Shown piece after piece: positions 39,491 to 50,157 of a DNA stretch of 64,000 nucleotides. Positions within the stretch are counted from its first letter, which is position 1. Each line of letters begins with the position of its first letter. Below the pieces are notes generated by a model. The model worked only from the letters and a program-made list of their open reading frames with translations, did not search any database and was not told the origin of the DNA. Source of the stretch: Podarcis vaucheri (taxonomy: Eukaryota); the NCBI GenBank assembly GCA_965113315.1, contig OZ220369.1. One strand, written 5' to 3'. The translations under genes and the position numbers were made by a program.

Positions 39491-40225
39491 GTAAGAGCTA
39501 AAGAGGCTTCATCCATAATTAATGCTAAACCAAAGCAATATTGTGACTGCCCATAATATTCCACTGGAAAACGCAAGCCCTGTTTAATGAGCTTTGAACT
39601 GCATTGGTAGGCTACTGCTGACGCAAATGCTGGTGGAAAATATGTCATATTGCAAATGGGGCAGCATTAATTTTGAAAGAGGGTTTTTTAAAGCAGTCTG
39701 GTTCATCAATCTAAGGTGCATGGAATTTTCGTACCACAGGTGAAAAATATATAACAGTCAAAGCAGGGTTGTGTATGTGCCTTTAAATCAAAATTCTGTG
39801 CTCAGTTTTGCACAAAAGAGGACTGAGCAAATTTGCACAGTTCTGGTTCTGCTCATCATGGAAAAGGGCAAGAAGCAACAGAGCAATACCTGTGGAGGTT
39901 GTATTGAGGTTCCCTTCTGCCAGGGTGATTCTGCTAGGCTTCTCCCAAGTGCAGACTACACATTGCTCTATGCAGGGAATGGTTCACAGTGAAAAGAGGG
40001 GAATTGGGGAGGAGAGGTGGCATGTTTGGTTGGGAGAAGGGTGAACCCAAGCAGCTTGTTCTGCGGGTGGCAGTTTTGTGTGTATGTAACACTATACATT
40101 TTAAAAAAGAAACTCACAACACGAAAGAGTACAAACTGCAACCTTTGTGCTGCATTTTCCAAAAAGGCTACAGTGCCTTCTGTAACCATCAGCATGAATC
40201 TTCTGCTTTGCTTCTTGGGGTGTAG

Positions 40226-40426
40226 ACACCAGCCTTAAAGATGGTTTATTCCACGAGTTCAAGAAGTACGGGAAGGTGACATCTGTGCAGATTCACGGAG
40301 CCTCTGAAGAGCGATACGGACTGGTGTTCTTCCGGCAACAGGAGGATCAGGAGAAAGCGCTCAATGCTTCCAAAGGGAAACTCTTCTTTGGCATGCAGAT
40401 TGAAGTGACTGCTTGGATAGGGCCAG
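40226..40426 (+). CDS. SPEN: SPEN exon 5 (201 nt; RRM2)
   Basis: Acceptor gtgtAG|ACACC, donor CCAG|GTGAGC; encodes TSLKDGLFHEFKKYGKVTSVQIHGASEERYGLVFFRQQEDQEKAL...WIGP. Confidence 0.96.
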
Positions 40427-41076
40427 GTGAGCGCAAGGAGGTTGTTGCTGGCCCTTGAAAATGGCAAGTAGCCTTGTGCTGGCCCCTTAAAGGAAAATCC
40501 AAATAACAACAGTTTGGCCCAACTGAAGCACAACAAAGCCATGAGCTGGTTTTTAAGTTCTCCAGAATGGAGAAAATTCGTGAAAAAGGCTAGCTTGCTG
40601 TTGCTTTACATAGGAAATACTGAATCCAGGAAACTTGGAGTTGTTGGAAATTGAACATGGGGCCTTCTGTTTTCAAAGCAGATGCTCTGCCAGTGAGCTA
40701 TGGCTCTTCTTCAGGTTTAGCGATGCTTAAGTTGGCCCTAACAAAAACATTAGCCAGCTGGTCATTTTTGGTGCATTGGCACCATCCATCAGGAACCTCT
40801 TCACAAATCCCGTTGAAGTGGGCGGGAGCTCTTGTTTCAGTTTTCCCTCCAGATTCGTCTGTTGAATTTAGTTTCTGCTTACTGAATAGGAGTTGGTAGA
40901 CTGCTTTGACCTTTAAATTGCTGGCATTACTAGATCCATAATCACTTAAAATGGGGTGGGATGAAGCTCAGTCCTCCTGACATGGCACTGTAGAGAGATT
41001 TAGACACCACAGAATGTTAAAGAGAGAAGACACCACAGAATTTTAAAAGAACTTTTTTTAAATCACCTGCCTCCAG

Positions 41077-41228
41077 AAACAGAGAGCGAGAATGAATTTC
41101 GGCCTCTAGATGAAAGAATAGATGAATTCCACCCAAAGGCAACGAGAACTCTGTTCATCGGCAATCTAGAAAAAACCACCACATATCACGACCTTCGCAA
41201 CATCTTCCAGCGTTTTGGAGGGATAGTG
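41077..41228 (+). CDS. SPEN: SPEN exon 6 (152 nt; start of RRM3)
   Basis: Acceptor cctccAG|AAACA, donor GTG|GTATGT; encodes TESENEFRPLDERIDEFHPKATRTLFIGNLEKTTTYHDLRNIFQRFGGIV. Confidence 0.96.
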
Positions 41229-43071
41229 GTATGTACAGTGTGCGTGTTTGTATCAGTTCATTTGAGAGAGAAGCATGTTTCAGCTCATTAATTCTAAGCT
41301 CTGAAGGTCCATTAATCTGACAAGTATCACTGGATCTTATTGAGCCATGATCTAGAAATAATAAATTTGGAAGGGGGAAAAGGCAGCTTCCGTATCCCTG
41401 GGTAGCAATGTCTTAACAACCTTACATTGAAAACAACCCTGTTTGCTCTGCTGAATACTCTGAGCCCTACATGTGACTGCCTCCTTTGCTGTGCAAGAAG
41501 AGGTGGCACTTGAGGAAGATGGTTAGAAGGCTTGCCTGGCCCTTCCCACCTACAAGGGCCCAAGGAGGAAGAGCACTGGGGGCAGCTGGGACTTCCCTTC
41601 CTGAAGGGTGCAGCTCTTCTCGCTTTGTCTTGAAGAGGTGGAGCCTTTTCACTTGCTTACTAGGCATTTGCTAAGCTCAAGTCCATGGCTGAACAATGCA
41701 AGTCTGGTTCAGCAGAAACTGCTTCCGCTTCTGTGTGTTTGGCATTGGGGAAGGAGAGTGTGTTAGCAAGCAGGACCGAGAGCTGCCTGGGTTGAGTGTT
41801 GCCAGGCCTTTTAATCTCCCACCTGCATGCAAACTCAGGAGACATCCGGGAGAAAAGAGACTGTCATTTGCGCACACTGACCGTGGCAGTGGGGTATGTT
41901 GCAGATCCACTGTTGTGCGAATGCCTCATCATTAATAGGAAAGTGACCCCTAGGGGTGTGGCTGTTTGTTTTTGCTTTAATTGCTTGCTCACGGCAAGTC
42001 AGTCACCCTAAGTTGGAAGCTCCTATGCTGCTATGTCACTAGAACAAAGACTGACCTGTGTTAGAGAAGTCCCCTCTTTGGGCAAGTCTTTGCTTCCCCA
42101 CCTTTGTTTGGAGCCAAAGGCTTCTGGGAATGGAAGTCTTCTCTGGATCTTTTCCTCTTGTCCTTGGACTTGTTGAAGGTGCTGGAGTCTCCTTCCTTGC
42201 CTGAATCTCCTAACACACTGCTCACAAAGGCAGAAGTGAGTGTTGTTTTGCAAAAATAGAAAGTGTCCCGCTTCTATTTCTAGCTTGGGAGGATGACTCG
42301 TCCTACTCAGAGAACATTGTGCCTGCCTCGGCTCCTAGTCATCAGAGTGAAGGCTGGCCAAAATGTTGTTTATCCTTCTGCCTGCCTAAGCCCATTAAAT
42401 CCCCAGGTAGATAATTTTCTCTAGGACAGGCTTTAAATATTTCCAGAGTATCTTAGTCACTACTTAGATTTCAGCTGTTGCTAAAGATATATATATATAT
42501 ATAAACTAATGCCAGCATTCAGATAACTAATCAGCATCACAATGTTGTTGCATTGTTGCTGTTGTTCATCTGGATTTTATTGTGTGCGTCATCTTGGTTT
42601 AGAATGAGCTGCAAGATGAGGAAGGGAGGGAAGAGTGGATTGTTGTGGTTTTCCATGAGCAGTATTTTTAAGAGCATAAAAATAGGACAGGAACACTGAA
42701 GGGTTTGGGGACATTGTCATTTAGAAAAAGAAGCTGAGGAGGGGAAACTGCTTCTGTCACTTGTTTCCACACCCCAACCTGACCTTGCTGGTTTAGGAAG
42801 CAAAAGAGAGTCCACAGGTGTGAGTGGATACTTGACCTAGGACCACCAGTTGCAGACTCCCACTTATGTTGCTGAGCTTTAGCGGGATGTGTGTGTTTTT
42901 GACTTGCCAACAATTGCTGTAAACTGGGGTCCAGCTGCATCTCTGAGGGCTAACCTGCAAAACTATGAGCCTGCTTCCTCCTTAGCAGGGTGTTCTCTTT
43001 GACCAGCAGTCCTCTTGGTGCCCTGTGGCCTAGTCTGTCTCTCAGTGTGAACTGCTTTCCTTCCCCACCAG

Positions 43072-43197
43072 GATATTGACATCAAGAAAGTGAATGGGGT
43101 TCCCCAGTATGCATTCCTGCAGTACTGTGATATTGCAAGTGTGTGTAAAGCGATCAAGAAGATGGATGGGGAATATCTCGGAAATAATCGTCTCAAG
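43072..43197 (+). CDS. SPEN: SPEN exon 7 (126 nt; RRM3)
   Basis: Acceptor cccaccAG|GATATT, donor AAG|GTAAAT; encodes DIDIKKVNGVPQYAFLQYCDIASVCKAIKKMDGEYLGNNRLK. Confidence 0.96.
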
Positions 43198-43713
43198 GTA
43201 AATTTTCTCCTAGAAGTGCTGCTCTTTGAGGGGGTTTTTTGTTTCCAGTGATTTTAAGTGATTCTTGTCAGCTTGAGTCGTGAAGCAAGGATAAGATGCC
43301 CTTTCTGTTTGCTTGTAGATGAGATTGAATTGTTTCTGGGATTTTTCAGTCCCTCCAGATGGCACGAATGGGCAAAGTTGTTTGACCATCTTGGTGCAGA
43401 ACCTGGAAACTGAATGGGCGTGGAGGTGGCATTTGTTTTCTTGCCCATTCACAGTTTTCTCTCCAGCTCCTTGTCCTGTACAGACTGCAAGTTGCACTTG
43501 ATTCACTTGCCATAGGAAGGGGCCACACTTTGTGTCCATTTAAGCTTCTGGAATTTATGTTAATTAAAACTGGCTTTTAAAAAAACCAAAACTGGCTTAG
43601 TACTTGCTCGCACCTGCTCTACGGGTCTTAGTTTAGAATTAGGCCTGCTCTTGTTAAATGAGCTTAATTGTGAATTCTTTGACTGACTGGAAGTTTTGCC
43701 CTTTTGTGTCCAG

Positions 43714-43827
43714 CTGGGCTTTGGGAAGAGCATGCCCACCAACTGCATGTGGTTGGATGGTCTTTCGACAAACGTGACGGATCAGTATTTAACGCGACAT
43801 TTCTGCCGCTATGGTCCTGTGGTGAAG
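43714..43827 (+). CDS. SPEN: SPEN exon 8 (114 nt; RRM3/RRM4)
   Basis: Acceptor tgtccAG|CTGGGC, donor AAG|GTAGGT; encodes LGFGKSMPTNCMWLDGLSTNVTDQYLTRHFCRYGPVVK. Confidence 0.96.
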
Positions 43828-44845
43828 GTAGGTGGGAGGCTTTCTGCAGCACGAAGAGGTCTCCTCTCTTCCTTCCTCAATAAACCTGCTCTTTTCTGAC
43901 CCCACATTCAAGCTCCGTCCTGAAGACCTGCTTCTGTCTCTATATTTCTCTCTCTCTCCGGGCTGAGCCTATCCTTCCGAGAGGTCCAAAGCTCTCGCCA
44001 CCTTTTTTCCAGTTGGGGAAATGGCATGTTAAGGCAAGCCAAACGTGTGCAGAGAGTGCTTGGTGTGTCTGCCCACCTTCTCTTCCTCCCCTGCCCCCCC
44101 TTTGCAAAACTGTGACTCCCCCTAGAATTGTGGGTGCATGGCCCACTTCAGTGGCAGGGCTCAGATTAGTCGCATTAGATACAGAAGTTGTCTTATGGCT
44201 CCCATTCTAAATGCAGAGGCAACTGACTTCTCCTGCCTCCCCCCTTTAATCTCGCCTCTTCCCCCTTGCAGGTATCTCAGGTACATGCACTGAGCTGCCT
44301 TTTAATCTCTGGAGCAGAGGTTGATCTTAAAGTCATGTAGCACCTCTGCATGAATGAATCATGCAGGGGGGTTGGACAAGCTTGAGCCAGGAATGCCTCC
44401 TGCATAATCTCTGCAGGGAGTGGGTGGGATTTTGAACTCTTGGCATTACTTCCACAGAGCCTGCTGGTGCCTTGTGTCTCAAGCAGCACACGTTTATCTC
44501 CTTAGTGAAACTGTGGTTTGTTCTGTTTTTTAAACAGAATTTGTACTCTCCGGGCATAAAATTTGCAACTGCAGGGAAATAAGTAAAATACAGAAAAACA
44601 AAATAAAGGCCTACCAATGCCTCAAGCCACATGATTCTCAACCTAGAGCAGTCCCTTTCGCCCCTTTTTATTGTCTCTCTTACAAGATGCCTTGTTGCGG
44701 GGAAGGCTGAAAACGCCTCTAAATTTGGTGTTGTAACCGTATCTATTCTCCCTGCCCCTAGTTGCATTTGTTTGCTGGGACTGACGTTTCTGTCCTGTGG
44801 ATGAGGCTCTTATTTTGGTTTTGTTTTGTTTTTTTGTTCTTACAG

Positions 44846-44959
44846 GTGGTGTTTGACCGCTTAAAAGGCATGGCTCTCGTTATCTACAATGAAATTGAAT
44901 ATGCACAAGCTGCTGTAAAAGAGACCAAGGGGAGGAAAATCGGTGGGAATAAAATTAAG
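44846..44959 (+). CDS. SPEN: SPEN exon 9 (114 nt; RRM4)
   Basis: Acceptor ttcttacAG|GTGGTG, donor AAG|GTCTGC (weak); encodes VVFDRLKGMALVIYNEIEYAQAAVKETKGRKIGGNKIK. Confidence 0.95.
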
Positions 44960-46469
44960 GTCTGCAAAATTCAGTTCCTAAAGATTAGTAGTAATGATAA
45001 TAACCAATAGTAAATAATAGGCCAGACAGGGGAATTGCTTAATGACACAGAATGCTTTGCCAAAGTTTTTCTAAGATTGATTATTGTCCCGTCCCCGTCC
45101 CCCCTGCCGAGTGGAGCTGTGCGGGCATCTCCAACTGCTGCTTGCAGCCTTTCCCTTCCTGTCATTTGCTTTGCTCAGTTCTTCTCCTTTCCTAAGTTCT
45201 TTGGCTGCTGGACCTTGTGCCGCTAACATCTCTGCAGCTGTAGAATTTCCTTGGCCCTCTTGGCTCACAGCATTCTTCCCAAGGAGAGATCACCTTGAGC
45301 GCAGGAGTCTTGCCTTGTGTACATGGATGTGCCAGGTGCAATAACCACCTGGCCTGTGCCATTTGGGGCATAGCAAAGGCATGTGCTGTGTCCCATGGTG
45401 CTTTTTCCGAGATGGAGATAAGTTCTACGTCAGAGGAAAGATGTGGTCCTTGTGGTGCATTGGGCACTGTCCAGGACGGCCTTTGAAATGTCGTCTCCTC
45501 TTGTCTTGCTTGGTTATCTGCTTCCAAATAAGACATCCTACCTGATGACAGAAGTGTGGGTGGGTGCTTGCGCACACTCAGTAGGATAGCCCTCCCCAAC
45601 CTAGTGCCCTCCCAGTGTTTTGGACCACAACTCACATCAGCCCCAGCCATCAGGAAGGCACCATATATTTGGGGGGGGGGAGGTAGGCGGGGCAGGGGAC
45701 TGCACTAAGAGGTGAACACCTTAAAGGTGCATTGTAAAGGATGAATTTAACATTGAGCCTCCTGTGTGTTAGTTCTGTAGCTTGTGTGGCTTCAGTGAGT
45801 TTGATGTCTGCCTGCCCTGTTGCTGTGGAGTATTACAAAATGTCTTCCAGTGCATCCGTCTTAAACCTTTTAATTACTGACCTTTGATTAAAATTAGCCG
45901 TTTGGGTTTTTTGACATTGTAACAGGTGTTTGAGGGTTGTTTATTCAACTTCCTGAGAGAGGGATTTATTGAATCTAATTTATAGAGTTGGAAGGGACCC
46001 CTGCAGTGCAGGAACCTCAGCTAAAGCATCCATGACAGATGACCACCCAACCTCTGCTTAAAAACCTCCAAGGAAGGAGAGTTCACAACCTTCCGAGGGA
46101 GGCTGTTCCACTGTTGAACATCTCTTACTGTCAGATCTCAATCTCCTTTTTTGTGACTTGAAGCCATTGGTAGGAGTCCTACCTTCCAGAGCAGGAAAAA
46201 ACAAGCTTCCATGTGACAACGCTTTAGATATTTGAAGATTGCTATTATATCTCCTCTCAGTCTCCTCTTTTCCATGCGAAACATACCTAGCTCCTTCAAC
46301 CGTCCCTCATATAAGGCTTGGCTTCTAGACTCTTGATCATCCTAGTTGCCCTTCTCTGCACACGTTCCAGCTTTTCAACATTCTTCTTAAATTGTGGCAC
46401 CCAGAACTGGACACAGTATTCCAGGGTTGGTCTGACCAAGGCAGAATAGAGTGGTACTATTACTTCCCT

Positions 46470-46793
46470 GTGACGCAGGTGGTGCTGTGGTCTAAACCAC
46501 TGAGCCTCTTGGGCTTGCCGATCAGAAGGTTGGCAGTGCGAATCCCCACGATGGGGTGAGCTCCCGTTGCTCGATTCCAGCTCCTGCCAACCTAGCAGTT
46601 TGAAAGCACGGCAAAAAGTGCAATTAGATAAATAGGTACCACTCTGGCGGGAAGGTAAATGGCGTTTCTGTGCGCTGCTCTGGTTCGCCAGAAGCTGCTT
46701 AGTCATGCTGGCCACATGACCCGGAAAAACTGAGTGCCGCAACCCCAGAGTTATTTGCAACTGGATTTAACTGTCAGGGGTCCTTTACCTTTT
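46470..46793 (+). mobile_element. Sauria SINE nested in CR1, 12-bp TSD TATTACTTCCCT
   Basis: Homologous to the 33022 and 63421 copies; TSD at 46458-46469 and 46794-46805. Confidence 0.92.
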
Positions 46794-47346
46794 TATTACT
46801 TCCCTTGATCTAAACACATCCGTTGATGCAGCTTTTTTTCCTGCTGTATCATACTGTTGCCTCATGTTAAGCTTGTGGTCCACCAAGATCCCTAGATCCT
46901 TTTCACATGTACTGCTAATCACTCAGGTGTCCCCCATCCTATATTTGTGCATCTGGTTCTTCTGTCTAAGTGCAGAACCTTACATTTATCCCTATTAAAA
47001 TTCTTTTTGTTAGCTTGCACCCAGTTCTCCAATCTGTCATTTTGAATTTTGAATTTTGATTCTGTCTTCTGTGGCATTAGCTACTGCTCCCAGTTTTCTG
47101 TCATCTGCAAATTTGATGAGCATCGCCTCAATTCCTTCATCCAAGTCGTTTATAAAGACGTTGAACAACAGGCCCAGGACAGAACCCGCGGCACCCCACT
47201 TGTCACTTTTTTCCAGGATGACGAGAAACCAAAAATGAGTACTCTTTGGGTTCAGTCAGTCAACCAGCTACAGATCCACTTTGTTCAACCTACATTCTAC
47301 CAGCTTCCTTGCAAGAATATTGTGGGGGGGTTAGTCAAAAGCCTTA

Positions 47347-47591
47347 CAGTGGTACCTTGCAAGACGAATGCCTCGCAAGACGAAAAACGCGCAAGACGAA
47401 AGAGTTTTCCGTTTTTTGAGTCGTTCCGCAAGACGAATTTCCCTATGGGCTTGCTTCGCAAGACGAAACGTCTTGCGAGTTTGTTTCCTTTTTCTTAAAG
47501 CCGCTAAGCCGTTAATAGCTGCTAATAGCCGTGCTTCACAAGACGAAGAGACTCGCGGAACGGATTAATTTCGTCTTGCGAGGCACCACTG
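47347..47591. mobile_element. Tc1/mariner (Tigger-like) MITE with TA TSD, nested in the CR1 RT
   Basis: TA|CAGTGGTACCTTGCAAGACGAA ... TTCGTCTTGCGAGGCACCACTG|TA; internal GCAAGACGAA repeats. Confidence 0.92.
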
Positions 47592-49350
47592 TACTGAAAT
47601 CAAGATACACTATGTCCACAGCATTTCTCTGATCCACCAAGTTTGTAATTCCATCAAAAAAAGAAATCAGGTTGGTCTGGCATGACGTATTTTTGAGAAA
47701 CCCATGCTAGGTCTTAGTAATCACATCATCCTTTTCTAAATGACCGACTGTTGAATTATCTGTTCTAGGGCCTTCCCTGGCATTGATGTTAAGTTCACCG
47801 GTTGGTAGTTACCTGGGTCTTCCTTTCCCCTCTTTCTAAGGATGGAGACAACATTTGCTCACCTCCAGTCTGTAGGGACCTCACCTGTTCTCCAAGATTT
47901 CTCAAAGATCATAGACAAAGGCTCTGAAATTACATCCACAACCTCCTTTAGTACCCTTGGATGCAGCTCATCAGGCCTTGGAGATTTGAATTCATTTAAA
48001 GTAACTAGGTGTTCCCTAATACCTCTTTTCCTATCTTGGGACGCAGCTCTCTCCTTACATCATTTATTCTGTTATCACCAGGTTCGGCATCGCTTTCCTT
48101 TTGGGTGCCGACAGAGACAAAGTAGGTGTTGAGTAGTTCCCCCTTTTCTCTGTCTTCTCCAAGGAGAGGATCCACCACTTTCTTGTTCTTCTTCTTACTT
48201 TGGACATAGCCAAATAAACCTTTTTAATTATTTCTAACCTCCTTTGCAAGCCTGAGTTCATTCTGAGCTTTAGCCAGCCTGACTTCCCCCCTGCAACTGT
48301 TGGAATCACACCCAGTAGTTCCTTAAGCTTTATAAAAAATTGCCTTTTTCAAATCCGGAGTGTGTCCCCGACTGCACAGTTTCCCCTTGCCTCTGTATCA
48401 TGAAAGCCAGAAGAACATGATCACTTTCTCCCAAGTTTCTTTGTACTTCCACTTTGTCGATCAGTTCCTCTTGATGATCCCCTTGATGCTTCTTCCACCT
48501 TCTGGGAAATTAAATTGTCGGAGAGGCAATGGAGGAATTTGTTGGACCTTGAATTCTTAGCAGAGTTAGTCTCAACAAATATCACGGAAATTGAAGTTCC
48601 TCTCTTCCTCTTCGGTTTATTCCTTTTGAACAGGTTATACCCTACAATTCCTACATTCCTGTCATGAGTCTCAAGCCACCTGTTTTCAGTAATACCTACC
48701 AGGTCATATTAGCTATCCTGTGCTAAAAGCTCCAATTCATCTTGCTTGTTTGCCATACTCTGTGCATTTGGGGATTTAGTATCTGTGGATTTAGTATTCT
48801 GGGTTTGGCTTGCTGTGTAAGATTGACCAGAGGCATTTTAATTGTAGTTCTTGGGAAAAGCAACAGTAACAGCAAGAACAAGAACAACGTTTCACTAGTT
48901 ATACATGCATTCATGATTAGCTGGTGATCCTTTTGACTAAAACCATACAGAAAAATCACTCTCACATTAACATGTTGAAGAATATAAGTGGCTAAATGCA
49001 CCCTGTCTTCCCCACCTTCCTTATGATATTCTCAGATGTATCTGGTTGGTCATTGCTGAATTGGCCCAGCATGGTTGCTGTTCTTTTTTCATAATGTGTA
49101 TGGCATTATGATACTTCCACACCCACATCTAAGCTGTGAAGTACCATATTCTATTAAAACTAGCATCTACGTTAAACCCCACCAGCAAGCAAAGTTCTCC
49201 TCATCTGATGGTTTAATAGGGCGGGGGGCACTTTTAATCATGTCACAGATCTGCTCTCCTTTCCCTGTGTCTTAAATGCAGATGATGAACCTTTTTTCAT
49301 AATTGGGTGTTATTGGGAGTAACGGGCCTTTAAAAATTCTTGTTTTTCAG

Positions 49351-49451
49351 GTGGATTTTGCAAACCGTGAAAGCCAGTTGTCATTCTATCAATCTATGGA
49401 GAAAACGGGTCAAGATATCAGAGACTTCTATGAAATGCTGGCAGAAAGAAG
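49351..49451 (+). CDS. SPEN: SPEN exon 10 (101 nt; end of RRM4), GC-type donor
   Basis: Acceptor tttttcAG|GTGGAT. The phase-2 donor required to join exon 11 is AAG|GCAAGT. Encodes VDFANRESQLSFYQSMEKTGQDIRDFYEMLAER. Confidence 0.92.
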
Positions 49452-50157
49452 GCAAGTGCCCCTGATGTCTTTACAGCAGCCCAACATGGGTCTCTGGAGG
49501 TTGGGTGGATCTACCCAGCAATTCCTAATTCTATTTTTTTTTGCATTTTTCCTGCCGTCATTTTAATTCTTTTTGGCTTTTTTATTTTTACAATGGATAT
49601 CCAAAATACCATTGTGAGTTGGGGAAGGGGTTAGCAGCCAGTAGCAATTCTGTTTAAATGACTGCAGCTCATAACCAACAGGGGGACATTTTGAGGGAGA
49701 GGCCCAGAGTGCTGTCTCAGGGTGTACATTGGACCAAGAGACATGGATGATGAGGGAGCTGCTGCAGGGACCTGCAACACCTGTGCCATGTTGGCCTTCC
49801 TTCCTGAGAAGGTGCAGAATTGCACCTGCAACAGATATCGCCCAGCCCTGCCAGACACATTCCATGTATAGCAAGGGACTACGGGATTCTGGGCTGGAAG
49901 CTGAAGGGCCTTAGAGCAGAAGGGTTTTTTTCCATCACTCATTCCTGCTGAAGGTCATGGCTTAGGAAAAGCCTCTGAAGCCTCTCTTAGCAGTGGGACG
50001 TGGGGTGGGGGCTATTGAACTAAAGGATCAGCTGCCTGCTTAGAAAATAGCTGTTCTTTTTGTCTTTTGATTGAACCTGTAGCCACAGTAGTCGAGCTGT
50101 ATATGATGGTCTTGATCTGGGGAGAAGCTGACTTTTTTATGTTCCTGGGTTTGGCAG

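Larger units (their letters stand above)
45971..48775 (-). mobile_element. CR1 LINE (most of ORF2 with deletions, plus 3' end) in intron 9, hosting a nested SINE and MITE
   Basis: Minus-strand motifs NAQSMANKQDELELL (EN), AVDIVYLDFS|KAFD (RT) and [18 protein letters not shown]...[12 protein letters not shown] (C-terminus). Confidence 0.92.

Noticed and set aside
47347-47591. CRISPR-like recurring GCAAGACGAA units
   Set aside because: Eukaryotic context, irregular spacing, both orientations, and bounded by TIRs and a TA TSD: these are MITE internal repeats.
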